A stretch of 64,000 bases of DNA from Bacillota bacterium (GCA_023435025.1 JAEYSE010000093.1:10073-74072), one strand, 5' to 3'; counted from the first letter of the stretch, positions 17,760 through 26,780 are shown. Translations and numbers: made by a program. The notes: generated from the sequence alone by a model not told the origin.

Positions 17760-18395
17760 TTATTCTAAAAACGTTTCATAAATTTCCGACATTTGCTTCA
17801 TGATCGAAAGGTTATGCAAAATGCCATGCTGCATTTCCAGCGAATGATCCGCGCCTTCAATGAAAACCAGTTCGCATGCTGCGTCGGCCCTGACCGCGCC
17901 AATGCAGGCTTCCGGGAATGTATCATCCGCAGTACCCATCACGGCTACGGATTTTGTTTGCAGCATGAAGGGAAGTGCGCGCTCCACCGGCGTTAAAAAC
18001 AAATGCCTGATGTCTGGGTGTTCAAGCAATGTGCCCACCATGCCCGCTAGTACCGTGCCCAGGCTTTTGCTGATCAAATAAAGCCTTTTATAGCCCTGCG
18101 CGCCCGCCGCTTGAAGTGTTTCAAGAAGTTCTTCGCAAAACGGCGCGATGTCTTCGGCCGTAAACGACTTTCCCGCCTTAAAAAACCCGTACTCCAGAGC
18201 CAGAACGTCAAACCTTTTGTCCCTTGCCGCCATACCGGCATAATAGAGCAGGGGCAGTTGCACGGTGTAGCCACGGCCGGGAAACAGCACGACAAGCGCC
18301 TCCGGCTTCTGCTGCTGCTGATAGAGTTCGTGGCTGACTTTGCACCCGAATATCGAATCCCGTTCCAGCGCTCTCGGTCTCATACCTTCCCCCAT
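17760..18395 (-). CDS. alpha/beta hydrolase
   Basis: 211 aa. VVLFPGRGY..., nucleophile-elbow-like LISKSLGT, and a C-terminal GADHS motif. Confidence 0.7.
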   Translation of the reverse strand: MGEGMRPRALERDSIFGCKVSHELYQQQQKPEALVVLFPGRGYTVQLPLLYYAGMAARDKRFDVLALEYGFFKAGKSFTAEDIAPFCEELLETLQAAGAQGYKRLYLISKSLGTVLAGMVGTLLEHPDIRHLFLTPVERALPFMLQTKSVAVMGTADDTFPEACIGAVRADAACELVFIEGADHSLEMQHGILHNLSIMKQMSEIYETFLE

Positions 18396-18437
18396 TCCTT
18401 TTTCTTACAATACCGCAAGTTCTGCTTTTGCGCCAGA

Positions 18438-18470
18438 AGGAAATAAAGCAGGCAGGCGTGTTCTGCCTGC
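18438..18470 (-). terminator. rho-independent terminator closing the tad operon
   Basis: On the minus strand, gcaggcag-aacacgc-ctgcctgc followed by TTTATTT. It starts about 20 nt after the stop at 18493. Confidence 0.75.
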
Positions 18471-18492
18471 CCAATGGATTTTTTGCAACTGT

Positions 18493-19044
18493 TTATTGTC
18501 GGCTGTTATCCCGCACAAAGGGCATCAACTTGTCCCGGGGTACGGAAAGCGGCTTGGAGGAAACAGGCTTTGTCCCTTCTTCCTGCGTGAAACGGCGGGA
18601 AAGCTGTTCGAATGCAAGAAAATGCTTCGGCTTTTCACTTTCTCGGATGTTCAGTTCCAATTGGCGCTGCGCTTCGCTGTGCTTTTCCCGTTCTTCCGCA
18701 AGTTCCGTTTGCAGCGCCGCCAGCTTGTGTAAGAGCGCGTCTGTCTCCTGGCGGTGACGCGCAACAAGTTTTTTGACAATGGGCCGGAGTTTTTCCTTCA
18801 ACGCTTCTTCATCCATAGTAGCCATGGCGGGTTGTACAGAGTTTTCCCGTGTGGAACTTAGCGTCTCTTTGAGCGCGCGGTTTTCTGCCTGAAGCATGCG
18901 CAGTTCCTCACGCAGCGCGTCCGTTTCCCTGTATAGAACAGTACGCAAATCCAGAAGTGTTTGCGCCTGCTCAGCGGCTATGGCAACAAGCTCAGATCTT
19001 CGGCAGCCGCTAAAATCCTTGCGCTCATCCGATTGCCTGACCAT
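18493..19044 (-). CDS. coiled-coil protein of unknown function, last gene of the tad operon
   Basis: GGGGAGG-7nt-ATG at 19044 (MVRQSDERKD...). Long heptad-like Glu/Leu/Arg-rich stretches (LREELRMLQAENRALKETL; LLHKLAALQTELAEEREKH). Confidence 0.5.
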   Translation of the reverse strand: MVRQSDERKDFSGCRRSELVAIAAEQAQTLLDLRTVLYRETDALREELRMLQAENRALKETLSSTRENSVQPAMATMDEEALKEKLRPIVKKLVARHRQETDALLHKLAALQTELAEEREKHSEAQRQLELNIRESEKPKHFLAFEQLSRRFTQEEGTKPVSSKPLSVPRDKLMPFVRDNSRQ

Positions 19045-19387
19045 TCTCCAGCCTCCCCACTTCCACAATCCGAACCTGCTCGGAGCAGCCAAGCTGCTTC
19101 CAGCGGTGTGCGGGCATCTCCAGTACGCTTGCGCAGCCATGGATATAAAAGCCCATACGTCCGGGCTCCATGGCTTCCTCCACGGAAAGCACGCGCCCCA
19201 GCTTATCCAAGTACACCACGTCGATTGGCTCGCGCATGAAATAGGTGTGAACCTGCGAACACGGATGCAGCAGCAGGCCTTCTTTGATATCCCGCTCGCC
19301 CATCAGCCCTTTGAGGCGATGGAAAAACCGATCCGCCACGCGGATACGCGCAATCGCCTTGCCGTCAGAATACAGAATCGCGTATTT
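19025..19387 (-). CDS. DUF192 domain protein
   Basis: MKYAILYSDGKAIARIRVADRFFHRLKGLMGE...LLLHPCSQVHTYFMREPIDVVYLD...VLEMPA is the typical DUF192/COG1430 pattern. Confidence 0.75.
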   Translation of the reverse strand, partial: KYAILYSDGKAIARIRVADRFFHRLKGLMGERDIKEGLLLHPCSQVHTYFMREPIDVVYLDKLGRVLSVEEAMEPGRMGFYIHGCASVLEMPAHRWKQLGCSEQVRIVEVGRLENGQAIG

Positions 19388-19445
19388 CATAACTCCACCT
19401 GTCCAATCCACTTTTGTACATCCCTTGGGGTTCCGTTTGCCACAA

Positions 19446-20360
19446 TTATTTAAACGTATCTATCACGCGTATGACGGTAGGGCCCAGCAATATGATGAAT
19501 ATTACAGGGAATATGAACCCGACCATCGGAAGCAGCATTTTTACGGACGCCTTCATGCCCTTTTCCTGCGCGTACTGCTTTCTAGAAAGCCGCAGCTGCT
19601 CCGCCTGGGTCTTCAACACTTGCTTAATGGGCGTACCCATCTGCTCGGACTGTACCACGGCGGAAGCCAAAGACTTTAGCTCCGCAACGTCATTGCGTTC
19701 GCCAAGCTCGGTCAATGCCACGCGGCGGGGTTTCCCCATCTGAATCTCCATGGCGGTAACTGTCATTTCCTCTTTGAGCGCGCCCGTGAATTTGTCCAAA
19801 GCACGCCGTAAAGCAAGATCAAAGCTCAACCCTGCGTCAATGCTGACGGTTAGAATATCGATCATATCCGGAAGCTGGTTTTTGATGGAACCTTGCCTTG
19901 AGCGTATCTGGAAGCGCATATAGTACACCGGTATCAAAAGCCCCAGCATCAGGGCTGCAAGCATCAGCAGCAACTTTACGTATGCTTCAAGCTCCGTGGA
20001 GCGCAGCAAAAGCGCCGTAGTTAAAAACAGCCCCAATGCGACCAGCACGCGTACCACTAAGAAACCGGAAACGCCGATATACATGCCCGCCATACGCAAC
20101 TGCCGTTCCATTTTACTGTTGCCGGCGCCCTCTTTTTTCGGCTTTATCAGGCGGTTGAACGCGTGGCGAAACTGCTTTAACAGCGGTACGATAAACCGTT
20201 CATGAAAGTCGGCGTTCAGTTCGTCAAGAAGCGCCTTATCCGTCTCCACAATGCGCTTGACACGCCGCTCTTTCGCACCCAATATCCTGCGGGGGCGGCT
20301 GAACAGCAGCAGGACAAATACAAACGCGGACATCGCGCTGGTGATGACAAGAAACTGCAT
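19446..20360 (-). CDS. tadC: Tad pilus inner-membrane platform protein (T2SS-F family)
   Basis: 304 aa. N-terminal TM segment plus a T2SSF-type domain (QLPDMIDILTVSIDAGLSFDLALRRA...) and C-terminal TM segments. Confidence 0.85.
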   Translation of the reverse strand: MQFLVITSAMSAFVFVLLLFSRPRRILGAKERRVKRIVETDKALLDELNADFHERFIVPLLKQFRHAFNRLIKPKKEGAGNSKMERQLRMAGMYIGVSGFLVVRVLVALGLFLTTALLLRSTELEAYVKLLLMLAALMLGLLIPVYYMRFQIRSRQGSIKNQLPDMIDILTVSIDAGLSFDLALRRALDKFTGALKEEMTVTAMEIQMGKPRRVALTELGERNDVAELKSLASAVVQSEQMGTPIKQVLKTQAEQLRLSRKQYAQEKGMKASVKMLLPMVGFIFPVIFIILLGPTVIRVIDTFK

Positions 20361-20381
20361 GCCATATTCCCCCTTCCGTCT

Positions 20382-21305
20382 CTAATATTTAACCGATACG
20401 ATCTTGCGTATGAGCATGTACCCGATCGTTTCCATCACCGCGGCGACGATGAGCATGATATGCCCTTCCTGCCGCTGAAACAAAAGTTCCATATAGTTGG
20501 GATTCAGAAGCAACAGCATCACGGCAAGGAACACCGGCATCAACCCGATCACCATGCCGGATATGCGGCCCGTGGAGGTGATGGTGCGTACCTCCTGCTT
20601 GACGCGGATACGATCGGTAACCGTCTGGGCGATATTGTCCAGTACCGCTGAAAGATTGCCGCCCACCTGCTGAGAAATGAGTATTGCCGTTACCATCAGT
20701 TTGACATCCGAGCTGGGCACGCGGCGCGAAAGGTTAAATAACGCCCGCTCCGTGGTGCTGCCCAACTGCAGCTCCCGCATGACGCGGCCAAACTCATTTG
20801 CGACTGGCTCTGCCATTTGATCCGCCACGGTCTGCATGCCCTGCTGGAATGTCAGGCCGCTTTTTAAACAGTTGCTGACGGTGGTAATGGCCTCGGGCAG
20901 CTGCTTTTCAAATGCAATCAGTCGTTTATGGCGGCTGTGCCGTACGTAAAACGGCGGCAACGCGAGGCCAATGCCGGTAAGCGTAACGGACACAAACATA
21001 TGTGCCCCCATCAGCGCGGAAACGGCGGGCGGGATAAAGGAGAGCACGACCCATATGAGCAAAAACTCCTCCGCCCGCATGGGAACGCCCGCGCTTGCAA
21101 GCTGATCCACCAATACGGTAGAGATGCGGATGGGCACCTTCTTTTCCGCACGCATGCGCTCACGGGAGAGAGGGGCTTTTTCGCCGGAAAGTTTTTCAAT
21201 ACGATCCCCGCTTCTGAGCGCATCCCGGTATACCCTGCGCAGGAGTATCACACAGAGCGTAAACATCAGGCCCGCCGCGCAGAGCGTCAAAAGTATGCGC
21301 TGCAT
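20382..21305 (-). CDS. tadB: Tad pilus inner-membrane platform protein (T2SS-F family)
   Basis: 307 aa. QLPEAITTVSNCLKSGLTFQQGMQTVADQ... is a T2SSF domain flanked by TM segments. Confidence 0.85.
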   Translation of the reverse strand: MQRILLTLCAAGLMFTLCVILLRRVYRDALRSGDRIEKLSGEKAPLSRERMRAEKKVPIRISTVLVDQLASAGVPMRAEEFLLIWVVLSFIPPAVSALMGAHMFVSVTLTGIGLALPPFYVRHSRHKRLIAFEKQLPEAITTVSNCLKSGLTFQQGMQTVADQMAEPVANEFGRVMRELQLGSTTERALFNLSRRVPSSDVKLMVTAILISQQVGGNLSAVLDNIAQTVTDRIRVKQEVRTITSTGRISGMVIGLMPVFLAVMLLLLNPNYMELLFQRQEGHIMLIVAAVMETIGYMLIRKIVSVKY

Positions 21306-21332
21306 GTCCTTCCCCTTCCCGTTGTTAAAAGC

Positions 21333-22667
21333 TTACTGAAACCATTCATCATACACCGGAACGCCGTTGCTGCGGATTTTGGATACGCATTTCGGGTATA
21401 CCCCGGTGCTTTTAAAACGCCCGTTAAAGCGCCCCTGCCCGTCCGTGGAGCCGTCGGTTTCAAACACAAATATGTCCTGCATGCTGACGATATCACCTTC
21501 CATGCCAGTGATCTCGGTAATGCTGACTATGCGGCGGGAACCGTCCCGCAGGCGGCTTTGCTGCACGATAATATCGAGTGCGGAGGCAATCTGGCTGCGG
21601 ATGGCATAAAGCGGCATATCTACCCCCGCCATCATCACCATGGTTTCGATACGGGAGATCATATCCCGCGGGGAGTTGGCATGGCCGGTGGTGAGTGAGC
21701 CATCGTGGCCGGTGTTCATGGCCTGGAGCATATCCAACGCCTCGCCAGAACGGACTTCGCCGACTATAATACGGTCCGGCCTCATGCGCAGCGTGTTTTT
21801 GACTAAATCCCGTATAGTGATTTCCCCCCGCCCCTCCAGGTTGGCCGGGCGGCTTTCAAGCGTAATGCAGTGCTGCTGCTTTAATTGCAGCTCCGCAGCG
21901 TCTTCTATGGTGACAATGCGCTGATCCGAAGGGATGTACCCGGAAAGCACGTTTAGAAGCGTCGTCTTGCCGCTGCCCGTTCCGCCTGCCACCATCATAT
22001 TGAGGTTGCCCTTGACGCAAGCCTCCAAGAAGCTGGCCATACGCGGGGTCAGCGAGCCGAAATTGATGAGATCGTGCACGGTAAATGGCGTCTTTGAAAA
22101 CTTGCGGATGGTGATGACCGGCCCCACAAGCGAAAGCGGGGGGATGATGATATTGACGCGCGAGCCGTCCTTTAAACGCGCGTCCACCATGGGGCTTGCT
22201 TCATCCACATGGCGGCCGATGGCGGAAACAATCTTTTCTACCACCTGCATCACGGCTTCCTCATCCCGGAAGCGGACGTCGGACAGCTTGATTTTGCCGC
22301 CCTGCTCTACAAATACCTGCTTGGGGCCATTGACCATGACTTCCGTAACGCCCGGGTCGTTTAAAAGCGCCTCAAGCGGCCCCAGGCCCATGACCTCGTT
22401 AAACAGCACCGTAGACAGCCGTGAACGTTCCACGCGCGTGATGGTATCCGAATATTCGGCCAGCACGTCGTCTATGACGCTTTGCACCTGCGCTGCATCC
22501 GGCTCTATGGCGCCTCCGCGCAGCCGGTCGATGACGGCAGTGCGTACGCGGTCAATGATGAGCAGGTACTGCTCCTGTTTGGTTTCCTCGGCCGTGGCGG
22601 TGACTGCCGAGCGCTCCTCGCGCGGGGCATCGTCGGTGGGCCTGTTGAGGCGGCTTTGTAAGCTCAC
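21333..22667 (-). CDS. tadA: CpaF/TadA secretion ATPase
   Basis: GTG start at 22667 (GGAGG-7nt-GTG) overlaps the tadZ stop as GTGA. Walker A GGTGSGKTT, Asp box, Walker B RIIVGEVR, His box TGHDGS. Confidence 0.9.
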   Translation of the reverse strand: MSLQSRLNRPTDDAPREERSAVTATAEETKQEQYLLIIDRVRTAVIDRLRGGAIEPDAAQVQSVIDDVLAEYSDTITRVERSRLSTVLFNEVMGLGPLEALLNDPGVTEVMVNGPKQVFVEQGGKIKLSDVRFRDEEAVMQVVEKIVSAIGRHVDEASPMVDARLKDGSRVNIIIPPLSLVGPVITIRKFSKTPFTVHDLINFGSLTPRMASFLEACVKGNLNMMVAGGTGSGKTTLLNVLSGYIPSDQRIVTIEDAAELQLKQQHCITLESRPANLEGRGEITIRDLVKNTLRMRPDRIIVGEVRSGEALDMLQAMNTGHDGSLTTGHANSPRDMISRIETMVMMAGVDMPLYAIRSQIASALDIIVQQSRLRDGSRRIVSITEITGMEGDIVSMQDIFVFETDGSTDGQGRFNGRFKSTGVYPKCVSKIRSNGVPVYDEWFQ

Positions 22668-23782
22668 CGGATCACCTCCGATGCAAGCTGGATAAGCTTC
22701 CTGCCCAGTGCGGTTCTTGGTTCCTCCAGTACCACCGGGCGGCCGATGCATTGGCACCTGTCGGCCGTTTTGTCGTCGCGCGGGAGAACATGCGCAGGCA
22801 TTACGCCCAACACCTTTTGTGCGTCCTTGATGGAAAGAAAAGCTTTATAATCCTTGTTGTACACATACCGGATCTTTTCCTGCAGCTGCAGCGAGGAAAG
22901 TACCGCCTGTGTGGTATGCGCCGCTTTGATGGAGCCGATATCCGGCTGCACCACCACAAGCACCTTGTTGGAATTTTCCATGGCGGTGATTGTGGTATCC
23001 GCGAAGTTACTTGGAAGATCGATGAATATGCAGTCAAAGAACGGACGCATGACGGAAAGCACGCTTTCCACATGCCGCGGCTCCACATATTCCCCGCTTT
23101 CGGGGGTGTTTGGGCCTGCAAGGACGCTCAGCCCGCTGTAATGCTGAACGGTAAAGCCGCGCAGCACATCCATACTGAGCGTACCGCGCTCCTGCGCAAG
23201 CTCTGCAATGGTATCCTTGGGTTGCATATCAAGGTAGAGCGCCACGTTCGCATACTCCAGGGAAAGATCGATGATGGCGGTCTTTCGCCCTGCTTTCGCG
23301 AGCGCCGCGGCCAGGTTGACGGCAAGCGTGGTCTTGCCTGTGCCGCCTTTGCCGGAATAGACGCTGATCACCTGCGTTTTTTGAATGGGCGCCGTTCCCG
23401 AAAGTCCTGCACGCACCTGCTCAAGCGCACCGGCACGGCGTACGGCATCTATGATGGCGTCTTCTCCATCCTCATAGGAAACGACCAGCCGTATGCCGGA
23501 TTTCAGCGCTTCGCGCGTAAGGGACATGGAGAGCTCCTGGGTTAAAAGCAGCAGTGCACAGCGGGGCACACTCTGGTAAATGCGCTGCGCAATATCAAGC
23601 GCGGCGGCGTTTTCATATAAAATAAGCGCGACGTCGGGCTGCAGGCCTTGGGCCTTCTGTACGCAGGAAGGCCCAAGATCGCCATAACCGACGATGACGA
23701 TATCCTCGGTGCTTAAAATCCCCTTGATGCGGTAGCGCGCATCCTTATCACTGCTGATGACAAATACCCGTAGCTGTTCCAT
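22664..23782 (-). CDS. tadZ: TadZ/CpaE-type protein (receiver-like domain fused to a MinD/ParA-like ATPase)
   Basis: N-terminal CheY-like fold (RVFVISSDKD...DVALILYE). Deviant Walker A SGKGGTGKTTLAVNLAAALA. Confidence 0.8.
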   Translation of the reverse strand: MEQLRVFVISSDKDARYRIKGILSTEDIVIVGYGDLGPSCVQKAQGLQPDVALILYENAAALDIAQRIYQSVPRCALLLLTQELSMSLTREALKSGIRLVVSYEDGEDAIIDAVRRAGALEQVRAGLSGTAPIQKTQVISVYSGKGGTGKTTLAVNLAAALAKAGRKTAIIDLSLEYANVALYLDMQPKDTIAELAQERGTLSMDVLRGFTVQHYSGLSVLAGPNTPESGEYVEPRHVESVLSVMRPFFDCIFIDLPSNFADTTITAMENSNKVLVVVQPDIGSIKAAHTTQAVLSSLQLQEKIRYVYNKDYKAFLSIKDAQKVLGVMPAHVLPRDDKTADRCQCIGRPVVLEEPRTALGRKLIQLASEVIR

Positions 23783-23792
23783 TTAAAATCTC

Positions 23793-24536
23793 CTACGCGA
23801 CATCCTTGTATTCGTACACCGGATGCACATACACCGGCGGGGAAACTTTATCCTGATCCTCCGAGCCACGCAGCAGGAGGTAGATTTGCTGGTTTTGGGT
23901 GGCAAAGTAGAGCTTCATGGCGTCTGAAGGCGTGAGTTCCACGGTAATGGACGAATACGTGTAGTTGTAATTGGCCTCGGTCTGAGTCTCCACCTGGGGC
24001 CGGGCGGCGACCTCCAATATCAGCACATTCTCAAGCAGCATCTCAACAGCGGGGATTTCCGTGATTGCGCCTGTTTCTTCATCCTCTTTTGTAGTCACGG
24101 TGGTGGCCATGATATCCACATAGTCGTTTTTATTCAGGTAAAAGCCAACGCCGGAAATCTCATCGCTGGCGAACGTGACGGCGCGCATGCCATCCTTGAC
24201 AACATAAGAAAGCTTGCCGCCCACCGCAGTATCGTCTGAAGCGATGCTGCCTGCTTCGATCTGCTGCCCGGCCGGAATGCGGTAGCGGCTCATTTTCCCC
24301 ACGACATCCTCCAGATTTGTGGCGGCGCCAGGACTAATCCATTCCACGGCGGTGGTGGTGAGCGTCACCATGTCCGACGTGATCCTTGCGTTTTCCTCTA
24401 TGGGGACAGTTGATACCACCACAGTGCCCGTATGTACGACGACAGTCGCCTTTTCTTCGAGCTGCGCGGCATATAAATATACCGCAACCCCGGTCAGCAG
24501 CGCTACGAACACGGCTATGATGTATATCTTCTTCAT
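23793..24536 (-). CDS. cpaB: Flp pilus assembly protein CpaB/RcpC (SAF-domain protein)
   Basis: AGGGGGA-ATG at 24536. MKKIYIIAVFVALLTGVAVYLY membrane anchor followed by a SAF-like beta-rich domain. Confidence 0.8.
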   Translation of the reverse strand: MKKIYIIAVFVALLTGVAVYLYAAQLEEKATVVVHTGTVVVSTVPIEENARITSDMVTLTTTAVEWISPGAATNLEDVVGKMSRYRIPAGQQIEAGSIASDDTAVGGKLSYVVKDGMRAVTFASDEISGVGFYLNKNDYVDIMATTVTTKEDEETGAITEIPAVEMLLENVLILEVAARPQVETQTEANYNYTYSSITVELTPSDAMKLYFATQNQQIYLLLRGSEDQDKVSPPVYVHPVYEYKDVA

Positions 24537-24608
24537 GCATCCCCCTGCGGCTGGAAAAGCCGTTACTATCAACTTCAGTTCATAGATAGGTCTTTTGATG
24601 TGGTTCCG

Positions 24609-25001
24609 CTAAACCTTCATTGTGGTCTTAGCGGATAATAAGAACGTGTCCCCTGGCGTAAATATGACCGCCATTGGCGTAAGGGTAGGGACTGCCTTGG
24701 TAACAGCAACGGAAATATCATTCCCGGATTTATTGAGCGTGACGGTAAGCGTACCCGGGCCAACCACCATGCCCTGCACAAGCGAGGTTACGTCCGCTGT
24801 CAGCGTTGCGTCCTCCGCATGGACGATTGCGTAGCGCGCGCCCTCCCGGCTGCCGTTTTCCACACTCATCTGGTTGTAAAAGTACCAGCCTATTTCCATG
24901 ATGCCCATGAGCAGCAACAAAAGAAGCGGGAGGGTGATGGCCATTTCCACCAACGCCTGCCCACGTTCACGACGTGCCTTTTTATGCTCAACTGCCTGCA
25001 T
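24609..25001 (-). CDS. tadE: TadE-family pseudopilin
   Basis: GGAGGGA-ATG. RGQALVEMAITLPLLLLLLMGIMEIGWYFY...SREGARYA matches the TadE-like N-terminal domain. Confidence 0.8.
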   Translation of the reverse strand: MQAVEHKKARRERGQALVEMAITLPLLLLLLMGIMEIGWYFYNQMSVENGSREGARYAIVHAEDATLTADVTSLVQGMVVGPGTLTVTLNKSGNDISVAVTKAVPTLTPMAVIFTPGDTFLLSAKTTMKV

Positions 25002-25017
25002 GGATTTCCCTCCATCC

Positions 25018-25061
25018 GCATAAAGAGAACTACTGCCGCCCGCACGCTGTGCGGGCGGCAG
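25018..25061 (-). terminator. strong hairpin (attenuator/terminator) directly after the flp pilin gene
   Basis: 13-bp perfect stem ctgccgcccgcac/gtgcgggcggcag with a 3-nt loop. On the minus strand it is followed by tagTTcTcTTTaT. It lies between flp and tadE. Confidence 0.55.
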
Positions 25062-25081
25062 CTATTTGGCATTGTCGCAAA

Positions 25082-25270
25082 TTATGTCCCTGCAGTTATG
25101 TTGGGAACCTGATTAATGGCTGTTTCCGCCTCGGAAAAGATCTTCGTAACTTTGGGTCCGAGCGCGATGAGCACCGTTATCGCCGCAACGGCGATCAAAC
25201 CAAGGATAAGGCCGTATTCTACCATGCCCTGGCCGTTTTCATCCTTGAGGATTTCGATGAACTTTTTCAT
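25082..25270 (-). CDS. flp: Flp-family type IVb pilin
   Basis: AAGGAG-ATG. 62 aa. KDENGQG/MVEYGLILGLIAVAAITVL is the Flp processing motif (G/xxEY) plus a hydrophobic helix. Confidence 0.85.
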   Translation of the reverse strand: MKKFIEILKDENGQGMVEYGLILGLIAVAAITVLIALGPKVTKIFSEAETAINQVPNITAGT

Positions 25271-25292
25271 GGTTTTTCTCCTTCTCTAAACA

Positions 25293-25946
25293 TTATTTCA
25301 GTACCGTTTGCAACACTGGAAACACCAACGTGCTCATCACGCCCAGAGAAAGGTAGGGGCCGACCGCTGCAAAAGATTTGATGGTGCCCCGGCGGGAGAG
25401 GTAGAGGTATACGGCATACGCGCCCAACGCGAGCGCCATCACCGCCGTTACCTGCAAAAACCCCGCAAACCCAAGGCCCAGCCCAATCACCGTTGCATAC
25501 TTGATATCCCCCCAGCCGATGTTCATGCCCATTTTGGATGGGAGCATGAATACGACCGCCGCGATGAGCGCACCCAATAGTTTGCCTGTCAGCTCCTGCG
25601 CTGCGCTTCCCCCCGCAACCTCGCCGAGTATAAATACCAGCAGCAAGGCTACTAAAAGCTCATTGGGGATCCGACGAGTTACAAGATCCACCGCGCTTAA
25701 GCACAGCATGATTTCAAACACGCAAGCAAATTGGATCAACCGAACCGCCCCCGCCGTTTGATTGGCGGCGGCGATGAGCGCCCAGCTCAACGCGCAGACA
25801 AACACCCATGCCTCTGCGGAGTAGGTTCCGCTTAATACGCGGCTCTCGCAGGGTTCCCCTTGGCGGTCACGGACCAGCTTTTTGGCAAGCGCCCGGGTGG
25901 GAATTGCCAGAAGCGCCCCGATCAATGCGAATATGGGTATTGCCAT
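25293..25946 (-). CDS. tadV: A24-family prepilin peptidase (TadV/CpaA type)
   Basis: Start at the internal ATG after TAAGGAGG (MAIPIFALIGALLA...). Polytopic protein with SAVDLVTRRIPN and GWGDIKY Asp-containing motifs. Confidence 0.8.
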   Translation of the reverse strand: MAIPIFALIGALLAIPTRALAKKLVRDRQGEPCESRVLSGTYSAEAWVFVCALSWALIAAANQTAGAVRLIQFACVFEIMLCLSAVDLVTRRIPNELLVALLLVFILGEVAGGSAAQELTGKLLGALIAAVVFMLPSKMGMNIGWGDIKYATVIGLGLGFAGFLQVTAVMALALGAYAVYLYLSRRGTIKSFAAVGPYLSLGVMSTLVFPVLQTVLK

Positions 25947-25995
25947 ATTGGGCCTCCTTAGTTGGTTTAGCCTAAGAAGCTTTTCTTTGTTTTTT

Positions 25996-26038
25996 AAGCA
26001 AAGAAAAGCCTCTATTCGGGTCTCCGAATAGCGGCCTC
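25996..26038 (-). terminator. intrinsic terminator (expression platform of riboswitch A)
   Basis: On the minus strand, gaggccgCTATTCGG-agac-CCGAATAGaggc followed by TTTTCTTTGCTT. The segment ccgaatgaagc just after the aptamer is nearly complementary to the left arm. Confidence 0.6.
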
Positions 26039-26104
26039 TTTGTTTTTGCGCTGCATCCGTTTTTAGAGAAGGATGGCAAAGACGCAAACAAAAGCGCGGC
26101 TTCA

Positions 26105-26192
26105 TTCGGCAGCTGGCTGTCATGGGCGATTTTATTCGCCTTTAGACCCTGTAGCTTTGCGTAACAGCCTTTCGACTGGCTTGCCATTATCG
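26105..26192 (-). promoter_or_regulatory. c-di-GMP-I (GEMM-I) riboswitch aptamer, copy A, upstream of tadV-flp
   Basis: RNA sense is aaUGGCAAGccaguc-GAAA-ggcuguUACGCAAAGCUACAGGGUCUAAAGGcga-auaaaa-ucgCCCAUGACAGCCAGCUGCC. It has the GGCAA...GNRA hairpin...ACGCAAAGC core of GEMM-I. Both hairpin stems covary with copies B and C. Confidence 0.8.
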
Positions 26193-26507
26193 GGAAGATG
26201 ACTTTTGTAGTACTCTTCGTTTTGTCCCGGCTCCAGCCGGGGGCTCACGATTTGCCGCTTTTTAGCGGCGAGGCTTACCTGTGTACGTAAAGCCCTTCTA
26301 CCCGGCGCAAAAAGGCGAATGCCGGCGCCTTGCATCGGTGCGGGTATTCTTTGCGTCCGCCCGTGTGGGAGGTCGGGGGAGCGCTTGCCCGCAAAACTGA
26401 AGTATCCCTTTGATGCGCGTTTCATCCGCGCACCCGTATCACCTCCTCTCTAAAAATCGCGGCACTTATGATTAAGTTGGGCCGTCGTCAGCCCTTCCAT
26501 GGGAACT

Positions 26508-26544
26508 GAAAACAAAAATGGCAACCGCTTGTTCGCAGTTGCCA
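26508..26544 (-). terminator. intrinsic terminator (expression platform of riboswitch B)
   Basis: On the minus strand, uggcaacugc-gaacaa-gcgguugcca (10 bp, one G-U that is valid only on this strand) followed by TTTTTGTTTT. The left arm GGCAACUG is the exact complement of the aptamer 3' end CAGUUGCC. Confidence 0.7.
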
Positions 26545-26593
26545 AAACTGTTCCATAAATTCCGGGGCAATATACTGCCACGGCCATGAAAAA

Positions 26594-26675
26594 GCGGCAA
26601 CTGGCTGCCTTAGGCGTATTCGCCTTTAGGCCCTTTAGCTTTGCGTCGCTGCCTTTCGGCAGGTTTGCTATTAAT
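26594..26675 (-). promoter_or_regulatory. c-di-GMP-I (GEMM-I) riboswitch aptamer, copy B (A at position 20)
   Basis: RNA sense is aaUAGCAAAccugcc-GAAA-ggcagcgACGCAAAGCUAAAGGGCCUAAAGGcg-aaua-cgCCUAAGGCAGCCAGUUGCC. It has a GAAA tetraloop, a CCUAAG receptor-like motif and the ACGCAAAGC core. Confidence 0.8.
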
Positions 26676-26780
26676 ACACTCTTTTTGCTGGCCGCCGGTA
26701 ACATTTTAAGCAAATGACCGGCGGATTAAGCAGAATCTTTTTTTCTCTTTCTCTTTTATCGTTACAAACAGCACCAAACT

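Noticed and set aside
26132-26425. A 97-aa basic ORF (MKRASKGYFSFAGKRS...) between riboswitch B and riboswitch A, preceded by GGAGGTGA.
   Set aside because: The SD-like sequence is 16 nt from the ATG, which is too far. The sequence is low-complexity and Arg/Pro/Gly-rich, as expected for an off-frame read of GC-rich structured RNA. It contains several hairpins, including a terminator-like AAGGCG...CGCCTTTTT. Its last 20 codons run through riboswitch aptamer A. I treat it as non-coding leader, but translation is not excluded.
25972-26713. ORF-track entries 25972-26187 (71 aa) and 26450-26713 (87 aa), whose translations share KL.GLKAN.
   Set aside because: The shared peptide is just the translated conserved riboswitch core (ACGCAAAGCUAAAGGGCCUAAAGG). 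The reading frame is not maintained between the three copies, because the hairpin indels are not multiples of 3 and copy C hits a stop. The stems show compensatory changes.
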